NCBI GenBank assembly: GCA_964016885.1
Contig: OZ024743.1
Coordinates: forward strand, 30,318,001-30,382,000
Origin: Eledone cirrhosa
Taxonomy: Eukaryota
Length of the DNA: 64,000 nt
Direction: 5' to 3'
Positions 11,974 through 25,974 of the stretch are shown one piece after another. Position 1 is the stretch's first letter, and the number at the start of each line of letters is the position of its first letter. The notes beneath the pieces were generated by a model. That model was not told where the DNA came from. It saw only the letters and a list, made by a program, of their open reading frames with translations, and made no database searches. A program made the position numbers and the translations under genes.

Positions 11974-14071
11974 CACACACACAAACGCACACACACACAC
12001 ACATACACACACATACACACACACACATACACACACACACACATACACACATACACACACCTATATATATACATGTTTATATTAATGTATCCTTTCTTCG
12101 GGTAAAAAAAAAATAATTCATAGCTATCTGTTAAAACACATGCAAACATTCTTGAATGCACAAGAAAAAAAAAGACACTTCATTGAATGGCACACATACA
12201 TTCTGCAAGACACTGAAAGTTGTGCACTTCAAACACGCTGTCTCCCCAGTCAGCATATTCGGTTTTAACTCAGGCACTACTACACGCTGATATCTCGTTT
12301 ACAGGACGTGAAGAGTTGTTTCCGGCCCATGCTGCTTAAAATTATTTAATCGTAAACCTGCTAGATTACTCCTGATTGCAAAAGTAATACTTAATTATTT
12401 GATTTCTCCTAAATATTATTTGACTCGGAATAGGCAACGCAGTTATAGTTATACTGGGATAATTGCTGACCGTGTGTCAAATGTAGAAACAATTATTTGG
12501 GGGTTATGAGAGTCATATCAAACGTTAAGTTAGGATAAATAGCAAGATGACTGTATCTACGGAAGCTGTGAACAATCTTTAAGACATATGGTAGGAGAGG
12601 GGTACGAAGAACACATTTTTGTACGGCATTTCAAGAAAATGGGTGGTTACTTTTTACAAACAAAATTCGTATGGTTATGAAATTATTTCCATCTATATAG
12701 AGGTAGTAGAAATTTAGCATATTTGGCGGAAAGCCTAAGAAATTTTGGGTGTTAATTCAAATTTTCAGTTTAAAACTGCATGGCTTAAAGAAAATTTTAT
12801 TTACATTGAGGTCGAAGAAAATTTAAGATATTGCTTTGAAATAGTAATGATATAGTGGTATATAATCATTATATTCAAGCTGTAGAAAGATAGCATATTC
12901 AGTTTTAACTAGTAATTCAAGGGAGATTTCTGGTGCTGTTATTTGGCCGATTTGACCTACTTAGGGGAAATTTAATACTTTGCTTTGAGGTGGAAAAATA
13001 ATTATAATGATTTCTTCTATTACGGGGAATTTTTCAACTGATATGACCTATATTTGACCGGAATGCCATAAATGACGGTACTGATTATGAGTGATAAGGA
13101 TAAGAGCTATGAGTGAAGGGATGGTTAATGCCATTATTTTCATTTTTCATGTCTTTATTTACTTTCTTTGAATTTGCCACAATATATAGACACATTCTTA
13201 AGAGACGGACACTAATCTTGTAGCTTTTGATTTCCTTAAATAATTCTGCAAATCTCTGTTTGCGTAGTAAATCTTATATGAACATGTAGGTTTGTGTTTA
13301 TATGATTTAATCTTAATTATGTTTGGCATTTGTATGTGTATATTTATATTTGTGTGTTTGTAACTAATGAAATTGACGTTTATGCATTTTATGGCGCTTT
13401 TTGATAACGTATTTTGGGATTTTCAACTTGCGCTTATTTCACTAATTTATTTAGTGGATTTAGTATTTTTTTTTTTTTTAAATTGTGTTGTGCGAACCAG
13501 ACTTCCCGGTGCGTGGCATCACGTCCTCTAGATGGATACATTGGGCGTTCCATATCGAGAGACAACTAGATGAGGTGAAGCGCGGCCTATTGCATAACGG
13601 AATCGCTGCAGATATTAGCTTTTTCGGCTTTGTTATATAGAAATTATCAGCTGCAGCTTGATAACGTCAGTCTTCTCCATTTGGGGGCTGTCTGGAAGGT
13701 GAGTGGTCCGTGCTGTGTTTGGTTTACTGAATTTAGAGGGTGGATGATGTTTGGTTTGGCAAGTTTCATGAATGTAATTTGGGTTTCGGTTTAGGGTGTT
13801 CCTGAGTTTTGTGACCTGATTGGAGCAATAAGGTTCTTATTTATGTATATAAATGGGTTAATGAGCACAACAATTATTGCTTCCATTTCTACCTCTTAAC
13901 ACTCTCCTCTTCTAAATCTCATTCTATATGAGGACTTACGTCCAAAACTTTAGGACTCTCTTCTGAATATATCAAGCGGTAAATTAATATATCTTCATTG
14001 GGCTATACTGTTTTGCTATGTACTTTTCCGTTTACATTTCGCACGCACACGCACACACACACACACACATG

Positions 14072-14157
<86 letters not shown>

Positions 14158-14849
14158 AATATATTACACAAATAGAAGAGTGTTACACAGTGAGATGTGT
14201 GTAAAGAATTATTATGTATATATATATATATTACGCGATATATTTACATCTTGATGTGCATATCTGGTTGTATGTGTATTATTGCACTGTTTCTAGCATA
14301 TATTGATTAATCATAAATCGTAGTATATTTCTAATCTTTCGATAACGTTCAATATGGTAGGACCAACAATTCGATTAATACAACTCATAAATTGATTTTT
14401 CTACTCATTTTTCTCGAATTTTCTCTGAATTCTCTACTGTTCTCTGGTATTTTAGAAATCTAAATATATTTCTTACCGGCCTTACTTCTTTCTTCTTCCA
14501 AGTTTCTAATCCCCACTCTCTCGCACTCTCTCTGTGACACACACACATATATATACACGTACATACATACACGTACATATATGCACCCATACACACAGAC
14601 ACACACAGACACACACATACATACATATATATATATACTTATATATATATACAGGGTAAGTGACACTGTGAATTACTGGTTGTAATTGATGCACAGGCAG
14701 AGTGTATATGCAAATAAGAACGATGAAGTTTTGTTTACATGTATTTATATTTTTATATTTGTGTAGCATAGCCAGAGCAGATCTTAATAATGTCGGTTCC
14801 ATAACTTCTTTGTGTGACATGAGCTCATCTTCTACAATCCTCTCTCTCT

Positions 14850-14883
<34 letters not shown>

Positions 14884-15479
14884 GTTATTCCGGGTTGAAT
14901 CGGAGGTAACCACAGTAAGTAAGGTACTCAATACATTGCAGAGTATAACAGTTTTAATATAGATGAGATTCTACAAGACTAGAACTGATTCATTCTTTAG
15001 AAATCATCAGGAATCTGGGTATCAAAAAATAAATATGGTATTTATAGGTCTCTACAAGTGGTAGGAGAGGGTGGGGAGTGGGATGGGTGTAGGTCATTGG
15101 TTGATAGAAAAGGGAATTCATTAAAAGCTAATTCTACAAAGCTATAGTTTATTTTTATTAATTTTTGTTTTTAGAGTAACAAAGGCAGACAGGATTCTAT
15201 AAACAGGTTCCGGATGGCAGACCATTCCTTGTCATTAAGTTTCTCTTAAGCTAACAGATGTCTATAAGATCAGTGGGGGGTCAGTCATGGTAGATATAAT
15301 TAAAGGAAAGGGAGATTATTTAAGAGCTAAATTCATTAAGGTTCTACTAAGTGACAAAGGTCTAGAGAATTCTGTAGACAGATTCAAAATACTGAGTGCA
15401 TATCTTACAATTATCTTCGAACTTCTCTTAAACTAATCAACTATATGCCAAAAATCAACAGACACATTCACAAAAAAAC

Positions 15480-15573
15480 ACACTCACTCACAAACTCGCG
15501 CGCAACCATAAACACACATACACATACATAAAAACACACACACATATATATATAAAAATATATCTATACACAC

Positions 15574-15614
<41 letters not shown>

Positions 15615-15825
15615 CATACATACACACATACATATATATACACACACACACACATATATACACATATATATACACTCACACACATACATACATACACACA
15701 GATATACATGTGTATACAAATACACATATATACACATACACATATATATATATACACATATATATATATATATATATAAATACACATATATACACACATA
15801 TATACACATACATATACACACACAT

Positions 15826-15860
<35 letters not shown>

Positions 15861-15913
15861 CATAAACAAATATATACATATACATACACACACACACACA
15901 CACACATACATAC

Positions 15914-15944
<31 letters not shown>

Positions 15945-16052
15945 TATACACATATATAAGGAAAAAGCACCATACATACATATATATATATATATACATA
16001 TATATATATGTATATATATAGAGAGAGAGATACACCAATCATACATATATTC

Positions 16053-16083
<31 letters not shown>

Positions 16084-16407
16084 CATACACACACACACAT
16101 ACATATATACACAAATACATACACATATATACACACATACACATATATATATATACATATATACATATATATATATATACACACACATATATATATATAT
16201 ATACACACATACATATACAAATATACAAATACACATATATATACACATACACACACACACAATATATATACACATATATACATATACACACACACACACA
16301 CATACACACATACACACATACATACATACATACATATACAAATATATATACAAACATACATATACACATATAAATATATACATATATATATATATACATA
16401 TATATAC

Positions 16408-16438
<31 letters not shown>

Positions 16439-16653
16439 CATACACACATACACACATATATATATATACACATACATATACACACACATATATACACACA
16501 CACATATACACATATATACACACGCACACACACACACATACACATGCATATATATAAATATATATATACATATATACATATATACATATATACACATATA
16601 CACACCTGCACACACACACACATATATATACACACACACACACATACACACAT

Positions 16654-16696
<43 letters not shown>

Positions 16697-16950
16697 CATA
16701 TACATATATACATACATACACATACACATACATACACATATGTACACATATACATATATATACATATATATATATATACACATACATATACATATATACA
16801 TACACATACATACATAAATATACACACATAAAACACATATACACACATACATATATATATACATACACATACATATACACACATACACACAAATATATAC
16901 ACATACAAAAAAATATAAGTACTCAATAAATATACGCATATACGCAGGCA
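15480..16950. repeat. ~1.5-kb compound (TA)/(CA)/(TACA) low-complexity tract
   Basis: Directly visible. It is the source of the spurious long Y/I/C/V ORFs. Confidence 0.95.
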
Positions 16951-17268
16951 CATAAAAACACCTCTACAGGCAGAAAATGTAGATAGGAAAGAGGTACTCA
17001 CATAACCATAGTGGCCGTATTTCAGGTTGAGGAGGGGTGGGGCTAGGGTGGGAAGGAGGTATAGGGGCCAATAGGGGGAGGTCGTTTTTAGCCATCGGGC
17101 TTTAACACTGGCTTAAAGTGTTTGAAAGTTGCAAAGTTCTTGTGCATGCAGTTCGGGCAGTGTTCAGAGAGTTTATTCTATCAACCAATGACCTACACCC
17201 ATCCCACTCCCCACCCTCTCCTACCACTTGTAGAGACCTATAAATACCATATTTATTTTTTGATACCC

Positions 17269-17319
17269 AGATTCCTGATGATTTCTAAAGAATGAAACAG
17301 TTCTAGTCCTGTAGAATCT
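17269..17319 (+). ncRNA. Type I hammerhead ribozyme (canonical core)
   Basis: AGATTC-CTGATGA-T TTCT AA AGAA T-GAAA-CAG TTCTAGTC CTG-TA-GAATCT. Stem I is 6 bp, stems II and III form, and the cleavage triplet is GUA. The inverted copy (~14965-15017) has GAAA mutated to GAAT. Confidence 0.85.
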
Positions 17320-17321
17320 CA

Positions 17322-17359
<38 letters not shown>

Positions 17360-18108
17360 GGTAAATATTGATGCAATTCAATTCAAGCACTCAACGTATT
17401 TTTTCCACATAGGAGTAATAATTCGGATTAAGTAAAGATATAGATTGAAGTGAGTAAATAATATGGAGAGAGATGTTTAAGTAATATGTTCTGGGAGGGA
17501 TTCTAGTGTTACAGATATTGAACGGCAGTGCCGTGCATTATAACGGAGGGCAAATCACATGGTTCAAGGCATTAGTCAATCCGCTACACGGTCATACTTT
17601 CCATCACATGGAACAGAGTCAAAGAAAAACAGACATAGAGTACACAAAAGAAAAGAAAGGAACAGAGACAATAGTGAATAAATGCAAAAACACAGAGTAC
17701 ATATATGTAAAATGATCCATATAATTGTCCATCTGTCCATGTAAAGATTGAATTGAGGGGGCCTCTGTTCAAAAGAGATTTGGTGCAGGAAAATAGGGGT
17801 TTATCTTATTTTTTGTTTCCGCGTATTTATCCTGCCGAAGGATACTGTTACGCCCGTCCAGTGTCAGGGGTTTTTTCATCACCATGGTAGAGGGGATTTC
17901 CGGGGTAGCTCTTGGTTGGTTCCTCTCTTCTCCACCATATCGGTTACATCATAGAGCGCTCAACTAATCGGAGCTTAATTATTAGGGTAAATATTGATGC
18001 AATTCAATTCAAGCACTCAACGTACTTTTTCCACATAGGAGTGACGGATTAAATATCGAATAAGTAAAAGCGAAGTAGTTTCAGATGTTCAGGTCCTTTC
18101 ATAATAAT

Positions 18109-18182
18109 GCTGTGATATATATTTCAATGACGACACTGGCCACACTGTTCTGTGTGCGAGTGCCGTGACATCATCAGACAGC
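18109..18182 (-). ncRNA. Hammerhead ribozyme, family E (minus-strand copy)
   Basis: GCTGT-CTGATGA-long stem II-GAAA-TATATA-TC-ACAGC on the minus strand. Confidence 0.8.
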
Positions 18183-19043
18183 TTGTTACATAATAAGGTT
18201 GTTTCCGAGGCAATCCAAATTGAATCGACATGGGAACGGATGAAGTTCGTGCTTTTGGGTTTTTCATCCGTTCCCTTGTGAGTACCAATTCACCCCCAAC
18301 GGTCTGCGCAAGCGCATGTCCGAAGGAAGTTGACCATTAGCACCGCAGATTTCAACGAAATTTGCTGTCAGTGGCCCACCTATGCCTTGCCAAAGTTTAC
18401 TGCTACCCATCGCTACTGTGGCATCAGCCGAAAGCCAGAGGGGATGGGAGGGTGTTAGTTTTTATAGGTCATAATACTACCTTTCACTAAGCGTTGACAG
18501 TAAGACTGACCATCAACTCATGATGGAAAATAAACTTAATTCTAGGTACTATGGTTTTACATAGTAAGTTAAGAGTGAGAGTTGGGAATAAAAATTTAAA
18601 TAAAAAGTTAAAATCCTAAATATGTAAAATGATCCACATGATTGTCCATTTGTCCATGTAAAGATTGAATTGAGGGGGCCTCTGTTCAAAAGAGATTTGG
18701 TGCAGGAAAATAGGGGTTTATCTTATTTTTTGTTTCCGCGTATTTATCCTGCCGAAGGATACTGTTACGCCCGTCCAGTGTCAGGGGTTTTTTCAACCCC
18801 ATGGTAGAGGGGATTTCCGGGGTAGCTCTTGGTTGGCAAGGCATAGGTGGGCCACTGACAGCGAATTTCGTTGAAATCTGTGGTGCTAATGGTCAACTTC
18901 CTTCGGACATGCGCTTGCGCAGACCGGTGGGAGTGAATTGGTACTCACAAGGGAATGGATGAAAAACCCAAAAGCACGAACTTCATCCGTTTCCATGTCG
19001 ATTCAATTTGGATTGCCTCGGAAACAACCTTATTATGTAACAA

Positions 19044-19117
19044 GCTGTCTGATGATCTCACGACACTCGCACACATAACAGTGTGGCCAGTGTCGTCATT
19101 GAAATATATATCACAGC
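19044..19117 (+). ncRNA. Hammerhead ribozyme, family E
   Basis: GCTGT-CTGATGA-(ACGACACT..CACAC/GTGTG..AGTGTCGT)-GAAA-TATATA-TC-ACAGC, with palindromic loop III and an AUC triplet. Confidence 0.8.
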
Positions 19118-19130
19118 ATTATTATTAAAG

Positions 19131-19319
19131 TACAGGGTGGTGGATTGGCAGTATCGGTAGAGGGTCGGACGCCATGCTTTCCAGCATAGTTACATCCCTT
19201 TACGATCTGCGTTCAAATCCCGCCGAGGTTGACTTTGCCTTTCATCCTTACGGGGTCGATAAAACAAAGTACCAGTAATGCACTGGGTATTTGCTGGCCT
19301 TGTGCCTAAAGTAGAAACA
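19131..19319 (+). mobile_element. Full-length tRNA-derived SINE (Meta-domain-like central region) with 13-bp TSD
   Basis: A box TGGCAGTATCGG and B box GTTCAAATCC. TSD ATTATTATTAAAG at 19118-19130 and 19320-19332. The SINE is absent from the opposite inverted arm. Confidence 0.9.
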
Positions 19320-19472
19320 ATTATTATTAAAGGACTTGAACATCTGAAACTACTTCGCTTTTACTTATTCTATATCTATATATATATATATATATATAAT
19401 ATATATATATATATACCGGCGATGAATTAGTTTTACGAGGTTTTTTATATGAAATCGTGTGTCGAAACAAAT

Positions 19473-22400
19473 ATTGTTATACTTGGGGAGGGTCATATTT
19501 GTGTAATATTGCCACAATTAATAACAGAACACACTCACTGTTTGGTTGGTTTTCGCTTCTCGCTTCTGTGTCTTTTACATCGGTAATCTAACTTACTTGG
19601 TCCTCAATGTTGCCATTGACTGACCGACGGTCAAAAATAATACAGATACAATATAGACACAAACACATATATATAGTTTAACATAAATCTTTCGTTGCAC
19701 ATCTGCAAGAGCATCAGTGGTGCTATATTTTCCTCCTGTTGTATTGTATGTCTACGCCATTTTTATTCAGTCTGTCTATATATTTATTTATTTATTTGCT
19801 TGTTTGTTTATTTTATTCTGTCTTCTTTGCGCATGCGTTTGCGTGTGTGTATAGTGTTTTGTTTGCTGTGTGATGGGTGACTAGTATGTGTTTATGTGCT
19901 TGTGTATGTATTTATTTATTTATTTATTTATTTATTTTATTTTATTTACTTATTTATACTTCTCTTAGGTCAGTGTTGTTTGTTTGGGTGTTGTTGTTAT
20001 TCCATTCATTCTTTCTGTTTAGTCTTGGTCTTCTAATTTCTATTTCACTGGCCTCTCTGATTTGCCTATCTGCTGGGTTATTTCTATGTTTGGATATTAT
20101 TCTAATTTCTATGTTGTCTATGGTACCGTCATGTTGTTGTCTAGCATGTTCGTATAGTACTGACCCGTTTTTTCGTCCGTTCAGTTCCCATAGTGTTGGT
20201 CTATCCTTTCACCTATGCTACAAGCTGTCTCACCTATGTATGTTGTTGTCATGTTTCTGCAAGTACCCTCTGTACATCTTATGCTATAGAATACGTTTCT
20301 AGTTTTACAGTTTATCCGGGGGTTCACCTTACATATGATACATTTCCTATTGGTACAGTGGGTGTTCTTAAAAGGGTAGGTTTTGCTGATCAGGAATTTT
20401 ATGGTGGTTCCTGGCTTTTCTACCACCTTTATTTTTAAGTGGGTATTTCTCAGGGCCTTTCTACACTGGTTAGCTAATTTCCCTCCAGGGGTAGCGTCCA
20501 CAAACATGACACTCTGGTATCTCTGGTTGTCGTACCATGAGGTAGCTTTCCATATCTTATGTCTAGCCCTATCTAAGCTATTCCATGATTTGCTCCTGTA
20601 TAATGGGCAAATTCCTTTCATGTCCAGTTCTATGAGGGTCTTATACTTCTCCATGGCTCCTTCGTATACTCTGACTCTGTCTCTTTGGTTGTAGCCAGAG
20701 AACAGCATGCCGTTGATGAAGTGTTGGATGTGTCTTTCCATTTCTGTTGGGTCGCACAAAAACAGGAACCTATCCAACTGCATAATAGGCAGCATGGATA
20801 TGGTGTCACTGTACCCATCCATTAACATTGATTTTGCTGTGAAAAGATGTGTGGAGATGATCATTGAGAGTGAGGTGGAGTTCTGCGTCGTGGACACAGA
20901 CGAACTGGGCCTCCTACTTAGACTTACCTACGACACTGGCTACCTAGACAGCCATGACCTTAGACGTGTCTGCCCTAGTAGACCTATAAGAGGTAGACCC
21001 CCCACCATAATCTCAATGGCGAAAGAGACTCCCATGGGAAGGTGGATTGGGTGGACCAAAGCTATACGGACCCCACAGAACAATGATCAGGTAAGAAAAA
21101 TGGTCGCACATATAATAGGGGCTAGTATCAAAACTACCCTAAAGGGCCACATATTTAAGTTCAACGAGAAGATCTACACCCAAAATGAGGGGGCAGCCTT
21201 CGGCGTCAGCATAGCTGGTTATGTTGCCAACCTTTTCATGGTATGGTGGGAAAGGAGACTTAAATATCTCCTTAATGAGAGCTCCATAGACCTCATCATG
21301 TACTCTCGTTATGTAGACGATATCAATATTGTTATAAGAACACCCCCACTAGAGAGCACTAACAAGTTTGATTTAGAACGTAGCACGATGGAAAGCATCC
21401 AGCAGATAGCTAATTCCATACACCAGAGTATAACTGTAACTATTGACTTCCCTTCCAAACACCCTAACAATAGACTACCTGTATTAGACACAGAACTCTG
21501 GATTAACACTATAGACGAGAGAGCCCAAATTCTCCACTCACACTATGCTAAACCCATGGCCTCCAAATACCTGATACTCAAAAACTCAGCAATGTCCAGT
21601 AGTGCTAAGTTTAATATTCTGATCGCAGATTTGGTACGAGTGATGAAGAATGTGTCCCGCATGTGCGACCCAACAGAAATGGAAAGACACATCCAACACT
21701 TCATCAACCGCATGCAGTTCTCTGGCTACAACCAAGGAGACAGAGTCAGAGTATACGAAGGACCCATGGAGAAGTATAAGACCCTCATAGAACTGGACAT
21801 GAAAGGAATTTGTCCATTATACAGGAGCAAATCATGGAATATCTTAGATATGGCTAGACATAAGATAGGGAAAGCCACCTCATGGTACGACAACCAGAGA
21901 TACCAGAGTGTCATGTTTGTGGACGCTACCCCTGGAGGGAAATTAGCTAACCAGTGTAGAAAGGCCCTGAGAAAGACCCACTTAAAAATAAAGGTGGTAG
22001 AAAAGCCAGGAACCATATGTAAGGTAAACCCCCGGATAAACTGTAAAACTAGAAACATAGTCTATAGCATAAGATGTACAGAGGGTACTTGCAGAAACAT
22101 GACAACAACATACATAGGTGAGACAGCTCGTAGCATAGGTGAAAGGAAAGACCAACACTGGGGGAACTAAAAGGACGAAAAAACGGGTCAGTACTATACA
22201 AACATGCTAGACAACAACATGACGGTAACATAGACAACATAGAAATTAGAATAATATCCAAACATAGAAATGACCCAGCAGATAGGCAAATCAGAGAGAC
22301 CAGTGAAATAGACATTAGAAGACCAAGACTAAACAGAAAGAATGAATGGAATAACAACAACACCCAAACAAACAACACTGACCTAAGAGAAGTATAAATA

Positions 22401-22887
22401 AGTAAATAAAATAAAATGAATAAATAAATAAATAAATAAATAAATACACAAGCACAATAACAACAGGCACATAAACACACACTAGTCACCCATCACTCAG
22501 CAAACAAAACACTATACACACACGCAAACGCATGCGCAAAGAAGACAAAATAAAATAAACAAACAAGCAAATAAATAAATAAATATATAGAAAGACTGAC
22601 TAAAAATGGCGTAGACATACAATACAACAGGAGGAAAATATAGCACCACTGACGATGTTGCAGATGTGCAACGAAAGATTTATGATAAACTATATATATG
22701 TGTTTGTGTCTATATTGTATCTGTATTATTTTTGACCGTCGGTCAGTCAATGGCAACATTGAGGACCGAGTAAGTTAGATTACCGATATAAAAGACACAG
22801 AAGCGAGAAGCGAAAACCAACCAAACAGTGAATGTGTTCTGTCATTAATTGTGGCAATATTACACAAATATGACCCTCCCCAAGTAT

Positions 22888-22895
<8 letters not shown>
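19473..22895 (+). mobile_element. Naiad-like Penelope element, 5'-truncated, with ~1.25-kb inverted duplication of its 3' end
   Basis: 19473-20758 is the reverse complement of 21662-22895, the RT segment lies between the arms, and both ends are (TA)n. Confidence 0.88.
20758..22397 (+). pseudogene. PLE RT + GIY-YIG endonuclease (Naiad-like), partial and frameshifted
   Basis: Motifs GSMDMVSLYPSI, YSRYVDD, RLPVLD, HYAKPMAS, FVDATPGG, IVYSIRC...YIGETARS. After a 1-bp shift near 22165 it reads SVLYKHARQQH...PRLNRKNEW...V*. The inverted copy keeps a CxxxxCxxC linker. Confidence 0.88.
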
Positions 22896-22986
<91 letters not shown>

Positions 22987-23182
22987 TATATATAATGGAA
23001 AAGACGAGGATGCTTTGTTTACATATAAAAAGTATTGATTACGTATCGACATGTTACGCGCGTTTCGCCGAGGATAGGCTCAAGATAATACATAGGACTT
23101 ATCGATCCGACTCCAGTATCCATCTTTTCGTCAGACTGGCTTTGTGACAAAAAGAACTTTTGGTTGTAGGCGAGCTGAGAAG

Positions 23183-23247
<65 letters not shown>

Positions 23248-23348
23248 TGCACGGGTGTGTATGATTGTGTATAGAAGATTATATTAATAGAAGGAATTCC
23301 AACTTTGTCTGATTTACTCGTTATATTTACAATACTTTAAAATATATA

Positions 23349-23600
23349 ATGGTGTTAGAATGAAATAGTATTGTAGAATATTAAATGTTAAGTGTCAATT
23401 GAACGAGTACTTTCATGCTTTCGCAATCTTGAGGTTCATAATGCGTGGTGACAGTCAAGTTTGCACTTTTCACAGTTGAAAATTGCAATCTTGACTGTCA
23501 CCAAACATTATGAACCTCAAGATTGTGAAAGCATGAAAGTACTTGTTCAATTAACACTTAACATTTAATATTCTACAATACTATTTCATTCTAATACCAC
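23349..23600. repeat. ~250-bp near-perfect fold-back at the 5' junction of PLE B copy 1
   Basis: TGGTGTTAGAATGAAATAGTATTG...GACAGTCAAG is mirrored by CTTGACTGTC...CAATACTATTTCATTCTAATACCA. Confidence 0.9.
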
Positions 23601-23619
23601 TTCAACCACTTCTCCTTAG

Positions 23620-25960
23620 AGCTATTAATTTCGCTAAAACACTCACAGTGGTTAAGGATTTCGAAGTTGATGTCATCCTCAATGCCCGTATGTCAGTGTT
23701 TAATTTCGCCGACTCTATTTGGATTAAAACATCCAATAGTACCCCATTCGACGTGAGTATGGGCGCCAGTGATTCTGCGGAGGTTACTGATCTTATCGGC
23801 CTTTTCCTTCTTTTCTCTATCAAGGACGAATTCTCCAACGCGGACGGTGGTTTGTACCGCGATGATGGTCTTTTGACCATGACTAAGTGCGGACCTAGCG
23901 CTTGCGACAGGTTCAGAAAAGAATTCACAGCCTTCTTTAAAGGCTTCAACCTCTCTATACAGGTTGAGGCCAATCTCTCGGTCGTTAATTACCTCGACGT
24001 TACCCTCAATTTATCGAATGGGTTGTATTACCCGTATAGAAAGCCGAATAATACGCTTAATTACATAAGTAAGCATTACAACCATCCTTCCAGCATAACC
24101 AAGAACCTGGTAAGAAACGTTTCGTTGAAGCTTTCCCGTCTATCTACTAAGGAGCATATTTTCAACGCCCATTCCACTTATTACAATGAAGCTCTTGCTC
24201 GGAGTGGATTTGTCGATAAGGTAGCATATACAGAGTACGAGAATAGACCTAGAAGAAATAGATACCGTCGCATTTGTTGGTATAACCCACCATATAATAT
24301 GGAGGTGGCCACACCATTAGCTAAGATCTTTCTTTCCCTTATTACGAAGCATTTCCCCCTACACATAAATATAATACAATTTTTAATAGAAATACTATTA
24401 AAATTTCTTACTCTACGATTCCTAACCTTGCACATAACATCACAGCTTCAAATTTAGCTAAACTACCTAGCCGTAGGAACACGTGCAACCCTGTAGTTAG
24501 TACTAACTGTAATTGTTGAATCGGGTTGATTGCCCCCTATCCGGGATATGCCTCTCTAGTAACATTGTCTACAAATGTAAGGTTGAAACACCCACGTCCC
24601 GTAGGGCCTACATAGGGTTAGCCGCCAATGGATTCAAGCAGCGTCTTTACATGCATACCCATTCTTTTCGTTACCCTCTAATAAGGAATACGACGTCACT
24701 TTCAGCTTATATCTGGAGTCTAAAAGACAACCACATCCAATTTAAGTTACACTGGGAGATCCTAGCAAGGGCTAGATCGTATAACGGAAATAAAAGACCA
24801 TGTGACATCTGCGCCGCTGAGGCCCTGGAAATACTCTACGCCACATACCACATCTTAAACAAAAAATCAGAGGCAATTTCGGCTTGTAAACATAAATTGC
24901 ACAAAACTTTCCTGTATTACAGCCCCACATTATACCCTAACGGATAGTACGATCTATACGTGGATATTTTACGTCTTTATGTGGTAGCTAAGTATATGTT
25001 TTGTTTATACCTTTACTTATTTGCATAGGTAAGTATATATTACCCGTATGTTTTGTGAAGATACGTATACTTTCTCATACGTATATTTGATTGATTATGT
25101 TATGGCGTATACATTTTCTATATAATCTGGTACATGTGGTTTGGTTATGTGTATACGGGAGATTTGCGTCTGCGTAAGTATGCAGGTTCGTACGTATGTA
25201 GGGTGTGTGTATATGTGTACTTCATGTTTTGGTTGACTTACGTCTCCGAACATTTGTGAATTTACATGTAGGTTTGTGTGTGCGCTTGTTATATACGTAT
25301 TTATTTATTTATATACGTTTATTTAATTATTTATTTATTTGTATACACGCACACACACACACACATATTTATACGTGCGTGGTTTTGTATACCTATGGCA
25401 AGTGTTTTGCGTATGCTTGTGTATGTACGTATTTGCATGCGTGTATGCATTTATTTAATTTCTATTACCTCTGTATTGTATTTATTTACTTTATTCTTAA
25501 CTCTGTAGCGGAGATTCATTCGGTTTCCTAGTTAGAATTTAGTCTACGACTTCAGCTATACCATTTACGTGGTTTTGTCTTTGCTTGCAATTGTTCTCCA
25601 CGCTCCACATATGACGTATTATCTTTGCTTTTACCGTTCATTGCCAGAGAACGTCTCTATGAACCACCTAAGAGAACATTAGTCTACGACTTCTTTCATA
25701 CCATAAACGTGGTTCTATCTTTGCGCATAATTGTATTTCACCACTCCTATTAATGACGTATCACATTCGTTTTTTCCCGTTCTTTGCCAGGGAACGTTTC
25801 CACGAACCAAAGTATCGTCTTCCTGTCTTCCTCCGGTTGCAACGTTTTTTGAAACATCCACTTCTGCGTTTACAGATTGACTTTGTTAGTTTCAGAAGAT
25901 CCCGCTTAGCGTGAAAGCAGCGATTCTTTGCTTAAACTTGAATCTTTTATTTTAATAATA
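23620..25960 (+). mobile_element. Penelope-like element family B (YRDD, Hydra-like), 5'-truncated copy 1
   Basis: ORF pieces 23648-24457 and 24513-24947 carry FDVSMGASDSAE, GLYRDDGL, WYNPPYN, CNC..CPLSGICL and IVYKC..AYIG. A ~1-kb 3' pLTR with a hammerhead follows and ends in (TA)n. Confidence 0.9.
25888..25938 (+). ncRNA. Hammerhead-like ribozyme with variant core CAGAAGA
   Basis: AGTTT-CAGAAGA-stem II-GAAA-GCA GCGATTCTT TGC-TT-AAACT; stems I and III pair. Confidence 0.65.
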
Positions 25961-25974
25961 TATATATATATATT

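Larger units (their letters stand above)
14885..17327 (-). mobile_element. Penelope-like element family C: ORF C-terminus + 3' pseudo-LTR, with inverted partial pLTR at its 5' end
   Basis: Minus 17177-17088 reads NKLSEHCPNCMHKNFATFKHFKPVLKPDG*, similar to the family B end (NKKSEAISACKHKLHKTFLYYSPTLYPNG*). Segments 14959-15108 and 17176-17327 are inverted repeats carrying a hammerhead. A ~1.5-kb TA/CA tract lies inside. Confidence 0.75.
17356..19372. mobile_element. Non-coding pseudo-LTR-type element (family E) with direct and inverted rearranged blocks
   Basis: Direct repeats 17356-17420/17981-18042 and 17702-17918/18619-18836. Inverted repeat 18057-18393 vs 18834-19372 (interrupted by a SINE). 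Each inverted arm has a hammerhead. The element is flanked by (TA)n. Confidence 0.75.

Noticed and set aside
13500-13590. HDV-like ribozyme
   Set aside because: CATC/GATG and TCCTC are present, but P1 and P3 could not be formed.
15488-17001. Long ORFs of 316-487 aa, and similar Y/I/C/V/H/T ORFs elsewhere
   Set aside because: They are translations of TA/CA microsatellites, which lack stop codons, not genes.
19131-19230. tRNA gene
   Set aside because: The A/B boxes belong to a SINE head with a TSD and multiple copies, and there is no cloverleaf.
20707-20897. Overlapping head-to-head ORFs 20707-22170 (+) and 20181-20897 (-) as a bidirectional gene
   Set aside because: The N-termini are antisense read-through across the inversion junction at 20758.
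20181-24520. Selenoprotein-type PLE (TGA at 20181 minus; TGTTGA at 24513)
   Set aside because: Both are explained by 1-bp frameshifts when compared with sister copies. I saw no Cys-aligned TGA and no convincing SECIS.
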